From positions 37,690 through 99,242 of the forward strand of contig JBBDYA010000093.1 in assembly GCA_040902005.1 (NCBI GenBank): DNA of 61,553 nt, given 5' to 3'. The position numbers and the translations under genes are program-made. This stretch comes from Gemmatimonadaceae bacterium (GTDB lineage Bacteria; Gemmatimonadota; Gemmatimonadetes; Gemmatimonadales; Gemmatimonadaceae). The notes under the pieces were generated by a model that was given only the letters and a program-made list of their open reading frames with translations, did no database searches and was not told the DNA's origin. Positions 40,498 to 50,035 of the stretch are shown here, piece by piece (position 1 is the stretch's first letter; each line of letters opens with the position of its first letter).

Positions 40498-41163
40498 GTG
40501 TTCTCTCCCCGCCGTTGCTTCGCCTTAGGCGCATCCCTGTTGTTCGCCGCATCAACACTGCCCGCCCAGGGCATCACCTGGGGTCCCGCGCTCGGTATCA
40601 ACCTGGCGAACCTCGCCGGTGACGACGCGGAGGACTCCAAGTCTTCCATGGGCCTGGTCGCAGGGGTCCAGCTGGACATGTCCACCGAAGGAAAGGCCCT
40701 GTTCTGGAGATCCGGGGTGTTCTACTCGATGCAGGGCGCGAAGTTCGAGGACGCGGGACCCCCGGCGTCCACCCTGAAGATCAAGCTCAACTACATCAAC
40801 ATTCCCGTGCTCGCGGGCTTCAAGCTGACGCCGTCCAAGCCGAGTGGGCCGTACCTCGTAGTCGGGCCTCAGATCGGCATCGGCGCAGGTTGCAGCTTCG
40901 AGTTTGAGTCCGGTGGCACGGCCGCTGACGAGTCCTGCGAGGATTCAGGTGCTGACATCAAGGGCTTTGACGTGTCAGTCCTGGCTGGCGCCGGATTCTC
41001 CATGCCGATGGGCGCCAGCGCGGTTCACATCGCCGCGACGTACTCCTTCGGTCTCCAGACGATCGACGCCGGCGATCCTGCACAGGACCTGAAGAACCGC
41101 GTGATCGCCATCACGGTCAGCTACATGATGCCCGGCAAGCGGAACGTGAGTACGGGTAACTAG
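40498..41163 (+). CDS. Outer-membrane beta-barrel protein (porin family, PorT/OMP_b-brl_2-like)
   Basis: GTG start after a GGAGG SD; signal peptide; YSMQGA; YINIPVL; GPYLVVGP; FDVSVLAGAG. Confidence 0.8.
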   Translation: MFSPRRCFALGASLLFAASTLPAQGITWGPALGINLANLAGDDAEDSKSSMGLVAGVQLDMSTEGKALFWRSGVFYSMQGAKFEDAGPPASTLKIKLNYINIPVLAGFKLTPSKPSGPYLVVGPQIGIGAGCSFEFESGGTAADESCEDSGADIKGFDVSVLAGAGFSMPMGASAVHIAATYSFGLQTIDAGDPAQDLKNRVIAITVSYMMPGKRNVSTGN

Positions 41164-41179
41164 GCTCGGCACGAATACG

Positions 41180-41220
41180 TGGGGCGTGGCGTCCGCATGG
41201 GCGCCACGCCCCATTTTTCT
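41180..41220 (+). terminator. Rho-independent terminator
   Basis: TGGGGCGTGGCGTCC-GCAT-GGGCGCCACGCCCCA followed by TTTTTCT. Confidence 0.85.
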
Positions 41221-41343
41221 TCCCCGCATGCGCCGGGGCTGATGTCACCCACAGGGTACGTCTCGCCTTCCCGCCCCGGCGAGTCCGCGGATACATTCCC
41301 CAAACAGCGAGTCCCAGCCTCCGAGTTCCCAGCCGAGCCGACC

Positions 41344-42285
41344 ATGACCACAACCCGACGTGAGTTTCTCGCGAGCTCCACCCTCGCGGCGCTCGCCGCC
41401 ACCCTCGGCGTCCCACGCCTGGCATGGGCAACACAAGGACAGGGGGGAGCGCGGGCCGTCTTCACGCCCATCCGGCGCAACGTCGGCTTCTTCACCATGC
41501 GCGGCGGGACGATCGGCTATCTCGTGAACGCCGGCGGCGTGGCCGTGGTGGACAGCCAGTTCCCCGTAGAGGGGAAGGCTTGCCTCGACGGGCTGAACGC
41601 GCAATCGGGGAATCGCGGCGTGGACGTCCTGATCAACACGCACCATCACGGCGATCACACGGGAGGCAACATCTCCTTTCGCGGCGCTGCCAGGAACGTC
41701 GTCGCGCACGTGAAGGCGGACGAGCACATGCGGCAACCACCCGGCGGCAGCCCGCCGGCGGACCAGCTCTTTCCGAACACAACCTTCACGGAGACCTGGT
41801 CGGCGGACATCGGCGACGAGCGCATCGTCGCGCGACACTACGGGCGGGCGCACACCAGCGGCGACGCCGTGATCACGTTCGAGCGGGCCAACGTCGCGCA
41901 CATGGGCGACCTCATGTTCCATCGGCGGCATCCGGTGGTGGACCGGGCCGCGGGTGCGATCATGCGCAACTGGATGGCGGTGCTCGACCGCGCGGTTGCG
42001 GACCACGCCGCCGACACCGTGTACATCTTCGGCCACGCGAACACCGGGCTCCCTGTAACCGGGAGCCGCGCCGACCTCACCGCCTTCCGCGACTACCTTG
42101 GCGCCGTGCTCGCGTTCGTGGAGACTCAGGTGAAGGCGGGGAAGAGCCGCGACGAGATTCTCGCCATGCGCGATCCGCTGCCGGGCTTCGAGGCGTTCGG
42201 ACCGTTCGGGAATCCGAATCCCCGCGCATCGCTCACCGTGGCGTACGAGGAAGTGACGTCGGGGCCGCTGCCCGCGAGCGGCTGA
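41344..42285 (+). CDS. Tat-exported metallo-beta-lactamase-fold hydrolase (cyclase-like)
   Basis: TRREFL Tat motif; NTHHHGDHTGGN; AHTSGD; HMGDL; FGH. Confidence 0.92.
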   Translation: MTTTRREFLASSTLAALAATLGVPRLAWATQGQGGARAVFTPIRRNVGFFTMRGGTIGYLVNAGGVAVVDSQFPVEGKACLDGLNAQSGNRGVDVLINTHHHGDHTGGNISFRGAARNVVAHVKADEHMRQPPGGSPPADQLFPNTTFTETWSADIGDERIVARHYGRAHTSGDAVITFERANVAHMGDLMFHRRHPVVDRAAGAIMRNWMAVLDRAVADHAADTVYIFGHANTGLPVTGSRADLTAFRDYLGAVLAFVETQVKAGKSRDEILAMRDPLPGFEAFGPFGNPNPRASLTVAYEEVTSGPLPASG

Positions 42286-42712
42286 GTCGTAGCGTAAGCC
42301 ACACCGTCGCCATTCCATAGAACAGGAACCATGGCGCGAAGAGGCCGAATACCAGCGGCGTCGGCGGCCGAAAGCCGGGGATGGCCACCACGTAACAGAG
42401 TACGGCGAACGCCAGCCCGCGCAGCCATCGGCGCTGCGGCAGCCACCGTCCGGTGAGTGCCAGCAGCGCCCCGCCAATCGCTCCCGCGATCGCCCCCGAC
42501 AGCACGACGCTCATCGTCCCGCCGAACGTGATCCCCCACTGCCGCATCGTGGCCACGGCGAACAGCAGCATGGCCACACGGCCGCCGGCGCCGAGGAATA
42601 CCGCGCCCGTCGTCGCGCCCACCAGCACCGCAACGAGCGCGCGCCGCGCCGTACATGTGGTGGATCGTCCTTGACGCCGCAACCGGGTTTGTGGCGCGGT
42701 CATCCGAGGCAC
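42233..42712 (-). CDS. Hypothetical multi-TM membrane protein; ends uncertain
   Basis: About four hydrophobic helices; 3' end overlaps the convergent MBL gene. Confidence 0.5.
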   Translation of the reverse strand: MPRMTAPQTRLRRQGRSTTCTARRALVAVLVGATTGAVFLGAGGRVAMLLFAVATMRQWGITFGGTMSVVLSGAIAGAIGGALLALTGRWLPQRRWLRGLAFAVLCYVVAIPGFRPPTPLVFGLFAPWFLFYGMATVWLTLRLSRSRAAAPTSLPRTPR

Positions 42713-42727
42713 ATGCGTCGTTGCACT

Positions 42728-43774
42728 TTAACCTGAGGACGGCACGGGCTTCGCGTCGCTCATCACGTGCGCGATCCATCTCGTCTCGTCGAAGTTCTCG
42801 AACAGGAACTTCGCGCCCAGCGACAGCGGCACGGCGAGCAGCGCGCCGGCCACGCCCAGCAGCCAGCTCCAGAAAAGGAGCGACAGCACCACGACCGCGG
42901 GAGACAGGTCGAGCGACGTGCCCACGATCCGCGGCTTGATCACGTTGTCCAGTGCGAAGTTGATGAGCGCGAATCCGGCCACGACGATGGCCGCGCGCAC
43001 GAAGCCGAACTGGATCAGCGCCAGAGCTGTCGGCGGCACGAGCGCGAGCAGGAAGCCGATGTTGGGCAGGAAGCTGAGCACGAACGAGCCGACTCCCCAG
43101 AGAATGGCGAAATCCACGCCGAGGGCGAGCAGGAGCACCGTGTTGAGCGCGCCGGCGATGAGCCCGAACACCGCGCTGATCGTGACGTAGTTCTGCATGC
43201 TCCGCCAGAAGCGACGCAGACGGTCTCCGATCACCGACGTGTCGATCGCGTTGCGAAGCTTCTCGGGGTACCGGACGGCCTCGACCATCATGAATGCCAT
43301 GACGAAGACGAACACGCCGAGCGCGCCGGCGGTGGCGGTCAAGCCGCGAATGAGGCGCAGTGCGTGTCCGACCAGCGCTTCCGGCTGCGCCGCCTCGGAG
43401 GACACGAGCCGCGACGCGTCGAAGGGGAGCAGGCCCAGCCACCCGGCGACGGTCTGCTGGAGCGCACTGACTCGGGGCTGGTAGTCCGGGAGCTTGTCCT
43501 GGAGCTGGCTGAGCGACGACGCCACGAGCAGGACAAAGAGCCCGAGAAACAGGAAGCCCAGCACGATGCCGGTGAGCCAGGCGACAGTGGCGGGCCACCG
43601 GTGGCGGCGCAGCCAGTTAGCCGCCGGCGCCCAGGCGATGGTCAGCAGCAGCGCGATGACGACAGGGCCGACCACCGGCCGCGCGGCGCGGAGTCCAGCC
43701 AGGACGATGACGGCGCTCGCAGCGCTGAGAAGCGTTCGTCCGAGCGGGGTGAGGCCGAGGGGAAGGGCGGGCAC
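42728..43774 (-). CDS. AI-2E (PerM/YhhT) family transporter
   Basis: SFLPNIG; DNVIKPRIVG..LDLSP; WSWLLGVAGALLAVP. Confidence 0.93.
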   Translation of the reverse strand: MPALPLGLTPLGRTLLSAASAVIVLAGLRAARPVVGPVVIALLLTIAWAPAANWLRRHRWPATVAWLTGIVLGFLFLGLFVLLVASSLSQLQDKLPDYQPRVSALQQTVAGWLGLLPFDASRLVSSEAAQPEALVGHALRLIRGLTATAGALGVFVFVMAFMMVEAVRYPEKLRNAIDTSVIGDRLRRFWRSMQNYVTISAVFGLIAGALNTVLLLALGVDFAILWGVGSFVLSFLPNIGFLLALVPPTALALIQFGFVRAAIVVAGFALINFALDNVIKPRIVGTSLDLSPAVVVLSLLFWSWLLGVAGALLAVPLSLGAKFLFENFDETRWIAHVMSDAKPVPSSG

Positions 43775-43852
43775 GCGAGGAATCTAGGGGAAGGAAGATT
43801 CTGCCACACCGTCGTCGCGCACGGCTGCAAGCTCCGCACCTTCAGGCAAGCG

Positions 43853-44971
43853 TCAGGAATCACGTGCCAACCGCGCGTAAAGGAAAAACCAAAGCCAGTA
43901 GTCGAGGCGCGGAAATGTCTGCGTGAAGTTCAGGTTCACAACCAGGTGGATGAGCCACGCGGTGGACGCCAGCGCCACGGCCGGCCCTGCCCGAGCGCTC
44001 GCCCAACGCAGCGTCATGAGAATGGCAAAGGCGAAGGCGGCCAGCCCTAGCAAGCCGGCTTCGACCGCCACCTCGAGCCAGGTGTTGAAGGTCCGTGTGC
44101 CGATCGCACGGTCGGTACCCACCATTACCCCGCTACCCAGCAACGGCCTCTCGGCGATGGAAGAAGCGGCCGATCTCGCGTTTCGCAACCTGATTCCCTC
44201 GCTGGTAGGCTGCCCGATTCTCGACACGGCGGATGGGCCGAGCGGACCGGCGATGAACCGCAAGTAGCGATAGCCCTCGGCGTGCAGGCCGAACGCGGCG
44301 ATGAGGGCCACCGCCAGCGCAGCAGCCCTGAGCGCCTGGTTTCGTTCCTGCCGCGGTGCAAGCCGGCGCGCGATGGCGGCAAAAAACACGACGCCCCGCA
44401 CGAGCCCCAGAAGGCCCGTTCGAGAGCTGGTCAGTACGAGCGCGCTGGCGACGATCGCCGCCGCGCCCACCCCCAGCTTGCGGGGCATGCCAGGCGCCAG
44501 CGTCAGCGGAACCGCGAACGCGAGCGCGGCGCCCGCCAGCGATGGCTCGTAGAAGAAGGCAATGCGGCCGCAGCATCACGCGCCCCTCGAATGCGTAGCT
44601 GTGTTGCGCCAGGCCTAGCCCGGGGCGGCCAGGCCGATGTTGAATATCCCCCAGCCAAGCTTGAGCAGGGTCCGCTCGGTTTCCGGGGCCGCTAGCGCCG
44701 CCAGGCCGTAGGCCGCCACAAATCCAAGCCACGCGAGCAGTACTGGCCGGAGTCCTTCCGAAGGCCAGGGGGGCCTGCGCCGCGACAACAATGCCAGGAC
44801 CACCAGCGCCAGCGCCAGCTGGCCAAACCTGACATTCACGCTCTCCGCGCCGTCGCCAATGCGCGCGGCGAACGCTACGTCGCTGCTGCACAGGAAGACG
44901 AGCGACGCCACGCTCGCGGCACCCGCCGCGCCTGTCATGATCGGGTCGCCTAAGCGCGGCATTCGGCTCAC
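43853..44971 (-). pseudogene. O-antigen ligase/polymerase-family pseudogene
   Basis: The N-terminal TM fragment stops at 44615. RPH/AFFYEPS is split by a 1-nt frameshift near 44562. The C-terminal fragment has LTSSRTG, PLLGSG and FNTWLEVAVEAGLLG. Confidence 0.75.
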
Positions 44972-45993
44972 ACCCAGACCGCGCGCAGCAGGTCAGCCAT
45001 GCGGCGAGCGCTGTCGTCCCAGCGGTACAGTGCGGCACGCCCCGGACCCAGCGCGCGCAGCTCGGCGCGCAGCCCGGCGTCACCGGTCACGCGGCGCAGC
45101 GCCGCGGCCAGCGCGCCTCCGTCGCTCGGCTCGATCAGCACGGCTGCCCCGGCGGCGTACTCCGGGATGGCGCCGGTGCGCGTGGCGATCACCGGAGCGC
45201 CGCACGCCATGGCCTCCAGCGGCGGAATACCGAATCCTTCATGGCGGGACGGATAAACGAAAGCCAGCGCGCCGCGATACAGCTCGCGGAGCTTCTCGCG
45301 TGGCACGAATCCGGTGAGCTCCACGCCTTCGCGCGGGAGCACCGGTGTCCGCCAACCCGCGCGGCCGCAGAGCACGAGCCTCGGCCGGGGCTCGGGCAGG
45401 CCCTGCCAGGCTTGCAGCAGCAGGTCAATGCCCTTACGGGGCTCCAGCGTTCCGGCGTAAAGCAGGTAGTCGCCTTCACCGCCGCCGGGAGAAAAAAACT
45501 CGTCCACCCCGTTGGGCACGATCTCGATCTTGGACGCCGCGATCCCGAAGATGCGCATCGCCTCGGCAGCGGTGGCGTGCGACACGGCGGCCACCCGCTT
45601 CGCCATCCGCAGACTCCGCGCGATGAAGAGGTTGAACGACAGCAGCGTCTTGATCTCGTGGCGACCAGCCATCGTTATCGAGCTGAAGTCGTGCACGGTA
45701 ACCACGGCCGGCTTGCGCAGCGCAATGGGCAGCGTGCCGTGCGGACCCCACACCACGTCGCCGGGAATGAACGGCAGGTGAAGCTGCTGCCACAGCACTC
45801 CGGCCGGATAGCGGCGCATGTGGAAATGGCAATGCTCCATCCCGCCGCGGTCCCGGATCTCGACATGCGACCCGACCACCGGCGGCGGATCGAGCCTGAG
45901 GCGCTTGAGGATCTCGGCCGTGTGCACACCTATGCCGGTGCGGCTTCCGGCCAGCGGCCGCCCGTCAACCACCACGCGAGGCGCCGCCGTCAT
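44968..45993 (-). CDS. Glycosyltransferase family 4 (GT-B)
   Basis: VVTVHD; GTLEPRKG; YPSRHEGFGIPPLEAMACG. Confidence 0.95.
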   Translation of the reverse strand: MTAAPRVVVDGRPLAGSRTGIGVHTAEILKRLRLDPPPVVGSHVEIRDRGGMEHCHFHMRRYPAGVLWQQLHLPFIPGDVVWGPHGTLPIALRKPAVVTVHDFSSITMAGRHEIKTLLSFNLFIARSLRMAKRVAAVSHATAAEAMRIFGIAASKIEIVPNGVDEFFSPGGGEGDYLLYAGTLEPRKGIDLLLQAWQGLPEPRPRLVLCGRAGWRTPVLPREGVELTGFVPREKLRELYRGALAFVYPSRHEGFGIPPLEAMACGAPVIATRTGAIPEYAAGAAVLIEPSDGGALAAALRRVTGDAGLRAELRALGPGRAALYRWDDSARRMADLLRAVWV

Positions 45994-48107
45994 GGCTGCG
46001 GAGTGCCGCTCAGGCTGAGGGTGACATTGTCACCGTTCACCCTAACACGGATCGAGTCCCATTTGGCCTCGTCCACCAGCCGCTTCACGTTGGCCAGTAC
46101 CGGCACGCGGGGTGCGTCGAGCAGTTCCAGGCGTTCGCGCACCAGCGTGACGCCCTCGCGGTTCCGCGCCGACGCCATGTCACCCAGCAGCGCGTAATAG
46201 CACGCTGGTGCGTTCGCGGTGCAGCGTTGCCGAAACCGGTTTATGGCCAGCGCGTTCCCCAGGTGGCGCCGCCCGGGCGCCATGGCCAGCCCGCGGCGCA
46301 GGTACAGCTCCGCGGCCCGGTGCAGCTCGGCGTTCCCGGTCAGGTCGGCGTACTCGCCCAGCGCCTCGCCGAGTGCCAGCATGTGGCGCGGATCGAGCGT
46401 ATCGCGCCGAACCACCTCCTCCATGGCTGTGATCCCCGCGGCCAGCAACGGGTGTCTGCCCAGGTCTCGCCGCAGCAACACGCGGGCGGTGGGCAGAAAC
46501 TGTTTCACTATCACCGGCTGCGCATACGTAGGGCGCGACGTCAACTCGTTCCACCTGTTCAGCATGCCGCGAACGTCGCGAGACTCGCGATACAAGGTCA
46601 CGTAGCCGCGCATTTGGAGGTAGGCGGGAATGCTGTGAGCGACGAGTGCGTAAACGCTGAACGCCGCGAATACGCCGATCAGCGCCGCCGGCAGGAACTC
46701 CCGCCAGCCGTCGCGTCCCGCGCGCACCGCGCCCGAACTGCGCTGCTTTTTGGAGATGCGACCGTGGCTCTCCCGTTCCGGGTCACTTTCGGATCGATCG
46801 GCCGGGACTCCGCTCGCGGTCGCGGCCGCGAAGGCGAAGAGCCCGAACAGCGGCACGTACGTGGGCAACGAGTCGAAGCTCACCAGGTTGTGAACGAAGT
46901 GCGCCACCGCCACGAACAGCAGCGCCGCCTGCTGCGGCAGCGGGCGACTTCGCCGCAGCGCTTCTGCCGCGAACGCCGCCCACAGGGCCAGGTAAGCGGC
47001 CAGTCCCGCCACACCGGCCATGACCAGCATGTCGAGCGGCACGTTGTGCGAGCGGTCGTACCACTCGGGGTCGTAGTCAGATCGCGGCGGATCGTAGTGC
47101 CGGTTGAACGGCACGTGAAAATTCTCCAGCCCCCAACCGAGGAGCTGCCGCCCCCAGCCGCTCGTCCTGGGTGACGCCGCCTCCAGGCTGGCCTGCCAGA
47201 CGCCCAACCGCCAGTTGGTGGTGGGATCGCCGAAGTTGAAGTTCGCCACCCGCTTCACGCCCGGAACCGACTGCCACACCGGAGAGCGGCGCGTGAGCAA
47301 GAGCGCCGAGCCTCCCAACACCAGAAATCCAAGCGCGACCAGCGCCGCTGTACGGATGCGCGGCCGCGAGGCCGAACGCAGCGCGACGAGCCCGAGCACG
47401 GCCGGCAGCGCGAGGCCCACTCCGAGAATCGCAGCGCGTGTCTCCGAGACGAGCATGGCGGCTAACGCCGCCGGAATCGCGGCCAAAACCGCCGTCCTGG
47501 TCCAGCGAGTTTTCGCTTCTGCCGCGAGCAACACCGACGCTCCGATCACGAAAACGCAGTACGGGCCGAGGTGCGCCGGGTGACCGGTAAGGGACCCGGG
47601 GCGCGCCACGCCCCCACTCCACTGCCACACGGCGTGGACGGACAGTACGACACCCGCCCCGACCGCCAGCGCGAAGAAACGTGTCCAGTGCCTGCGCTCG
47701 AAAAGCACGCACGCAAGTGCAAAGAACCCGAAAAAGGGAGCCAGGCCAACCAGTCCCTCGCCGCGCTCCGGGTCGCCGTAGAACGCGCGGATCGTGTTGG
47801 CGGCGACTGCAGTGCTCACGGCCAGGACGACGAAGAGCGCGGCGACGGCGTGCGCCAGCGGGCTGCGCCCCAGACGCGCGACGCAGTCGGCAAACCTCAG
47901 CCGGAAGTCACGCGACAGCAGCAGCGCCGCGAGCACCAGGACGATGGCCAGGGTGACGAGCGCGCGAACCGCCAGCACTTTTGCGCTGACGTAAGGGAAA
48001 AGCACGCCCCTGTCCATCGCCAGCGGCGTGAGCGCGACCAGGAGCAGCGCCCACCTCGCTGCTGACACCAAATGGCCAGCGCCCCGCATTCTGCTCGGCG
48101 CGTTCAT
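45990..48107 (-). CDS. O-antigen-ligase (Wzy_C) family protein with a long C-terminal helical/TPR-like extension
   Basis: GDPERGEGL; RPGSLTGHP; SETRAA; GWGLENF; DRSHNVPLDMLVMAGVAG. Confidence 0.82.
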   Translation of the reverse strand: MNAPSRMRGAGHLVSAARWALLLVALTPLAMDRGVLFPYVSAKVLAVRALVTLAIVLVLAALLLSRDFRLRFADCVARLGRSPLAHAVAALFVVLAVSTAVAANTIRAFYGDPERGEGLVGLAPFFGFFALACVLFERRHWTRFFALAVGAGVVLSVHAVWQWSGGVARPGSLTGHPAHLGPYCVFVIGASVLLAAEAKTRWTRTAVLAAIPAALAAMLVSETRAAILGVGLALPAVLGLVALRSASRPRIRTAALVALGFLVLGGSALLLTRRSPVWQSVPGVKRVANFNFGDPTTNWRLGVWQASLEAASPRTSGWGRQLLGWGLENFHVPFNRHYDPPRSDYDPEWYDRSHNVPLDMLVMAGVAGLAAYLALWAAFAAEALRRSRPLPQQAALLFVAVAHFVHNLVSFDSLPTYVPLFGLFAFAAATASGVPADRSESDPERESHGRISKKQRSSGAVRAGRDGWREFLPAALIGVFAAFSVYALVAHSIPAYLQMRGYVTLYRESRDVRGMLNRWNELTSRPTYAQPVIVKQFLPTARVLLRRDLGRHPLLAAGITAMEEVVRRDTLDPRHMLALGEALGEYADLTGNAELHRAAELYLRRGLAMAPGRRHLGNALAINRFRQRCTANAPACYYALLGDMASARNREGVTLVRERLELLDAPRVPVLANVKRLVDEAKWDSIRVRVNGDNVTLSLSGTPQP

Positions 48108-50035
48108 CTCCTCACCCTGTACACGCGCGCCTCGCCGGCGCGGAAGGCCAACTCCAGGTTGGAGGCGGTGTCCAGCGCCTCGGCCACATACCGGAGGGAG
48201 TAGACGGGACTGGCCTCGGCGGACACGTAGATGTAGTCCGCGGGCGCGTTGCGCATGCGCGCAAGATCAGGCAGGTGATAGAAGGAAAGGCTGAAATGGG
48301 GCTCGAGAATGCGCCGCCGCGCCACGGCCGGGAGCAAGCCGCCGGCGTCCCCGTAGTTGGTCGCGAAGAGGGCGTCGGCGGGCGTGTGTGCGCGCACCCA
48401 CGCGAATGCAACGAGGTCATCTTCGGCCAAGACGGCGTTGTCGCGATTGAGCGTGGCATGCCAGAACGCGCCTCCCACGGATTCGTTCGCCACCACGCCA
48501 ATAGCGCGCGCGACACCGCCATTATCCGATCCATAGAACGCCCTGCCGAAGCGATGCGCCGAAAGGCGGTATCCCTGGAGCGAGAAAAGGACGATCCACG
48601 CGATGCCAACCGCATAGAGCACGCGCCGCGAAAGCCGAGCGGCGAGCAGCGACATCAATCCCGCAATGGCGATGGCGAGCGCGGGTGCCAGCCAGATGCC
48701 GATTCGCGTGGGATAAAGCGCCTGCCACAGCGGCAACCACTCGGTGAGCGCCGCAGCGTATAACAGAAAGTGCAGAGCCACCAGCGCCACGGCCAGTCGC
48801 GTGGCTGGGGCCAGCGCGGTACGGGCCTCGCGCACGCAGCGCGCCGCGAGACCGAACGCCAGCAGTGCCGCCGGCAGGACTCCAAGGTACGTCACCACGT
48901 GGAACGGCCAGGTGTGCGGACCAATGATATCGGCTGCGCTCAGCGCGCCGAGACGTTCCAGGGCCGGCGTCTGCAGCATCAAGGCCTGCTCGCTCTCCAG
49001 ACGAAACCAGTGCCGCGCATAGTCCGACGCTTCCGGCGGCACGTCGAGGGGCGCGCGCGCAAAAAAGGGAAGCGCCAGGACACCGGCCACGGTCAACACC
49101 AGCACGCCGTTGCGCGCCAGGCTGCGCCACGCCGGCCACTCGCGCCGCGCGCTCAGCGCCGCGGCCACCGGGAACACGTAGAGAAAGCTGACCACCGGCA
49201 GCGGGTGCACCGTGAGCGCGCCAGCCGACAGCAGCCCCAGGCGGGCAACGAACGCCGGCGAGCGCGGCTCGGCGAGACGCAACGCGTCGCGCAGCACCAG
49301 GAAGACGATGGCCGCCGCGAGCAGCGTGGGAGTGCCGCCCCACTGCACGAAGAACTGGGGGTTGCGCGCGAGCACGAGCGCGGCCAGAGCACCCAGCGCG
49401 GCGCCGGCGCGCGACACGCCGGCACCGCGCAGCAGAGCCGCAAGCGAAAACGTCAGGGCCATGACCGCAAAGCAGGCCACATGAATCGTGGAGCGATAGG
49501 CAGGAACTCCGGAGAGCAACGTCTCGATCGCGGCCAGCGCGTGGAAGCCCGGCGGGAACGAGCCGAAGTTCCCGATGGGCAGGAACGGCTCGTACGTGTC
49601 CGGGAGCCCGTTACGCATGACGATGAGCTCCGCCACGTAGGCGTGCGCGGTCATGTCGCCGGTGGAACCGCCCAGGCGCGTGTAGGCGAAGATGACGCGC
49701 GTGGCTACCACCGCGGCTATGAAACCGGCCGCGAGTAGCGCCGGCCCGGGTGCCAGCCGCCACGTGGCGGCAGCAGGCGCCATGACTCCGCGGCGGTACA
49801 CGAGAACAGCCACGGCGGCGGCCAGCGAAGCGATCGCGAACGCCAGCAGAGGAATGCCCGCCAGGCCCACGAACCACCACAGCCCCACGGACCACCAGGC
49901 GGCGGATCCGGCGCAGGCCAGGGCGGCGAGCTCGATCGGCTCGCCGCGCCGCCACTCCTGGGCGCTGACGAGAGTGAGACCCGGAAGCAGCGCCACGACG
50001 GCGAGTGCGCTCCAACCGGCCCATTCCGTCCACAT
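48104..50035 (-). CDS. Polytopic membrane protein, possible GT-C-fold glycosyltransferase (DUF6541-like)
   Basis: Many TM helices; GDMTAH and FPPGFHALAA in the first loop; C-terminal AFAWVRAHTP domain; TAATG coupling to the upstream gene. Confidence 0.6.
   Translation of the reverse strand: MWTEWAGWSALAVVALLPGLTLVSAQEWRRGEPIELAALACAGSAAWWSVGLWWFVGLAGIPLLAFAIASLAAAVAVLVYRRGVMAPAAATWRLAPGPALLAAGFIAAVVATRVIFAYTRLGGSTGDMTAHAYVAELIVMRNGLPDTYEPFLPIGNFGSFPPGFHALAAIETLLSGVPAYRSTIHVACFAVMALTFSLAALLRGAGVSRAGAALGALAALVLARNPQFFVQWGGTPTLLAAAIVFLVLRDALRLAEPRSPAFVARLGLLSAGALTVHPLPVVSFLYVFPVAAALSARREWPAWRSLARNGVLVLTVAGVLALPFFARAPLDVPPEASDYARHWFRLESEQALMLQTPALERLGALSAADIIGPHTWPFHVVTYLGVLPAALLAFGLAARCVREARTALAPATRLAVALVALHFLLYAAALTEWLPLWQALYPTRIGIWLAPALAIAIAGLMSLLAARLSRRVLYAVGIAWIVLFSLQGYRLSAHRFGRAFYGSDNGGVARAIGVVANESVGGAFWHATLNRDNAVLAEDDLVAFAWVRAHTPADALFATNYGDAGGLLPAVARRRILEPHFSLSFYHLPDLARMRNAPADYIYVSAEASPVYSLRYVAEALDTASNLELAFRAGEARVYRVRR

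Noticed and set aside
41344..42285. Antibiotic-resistance metallo-beta-lactamase
   Set aside because: The HxHxDH fold motif alone is generic; the sequence looks like the cyclase-like group and there is no mobile context.
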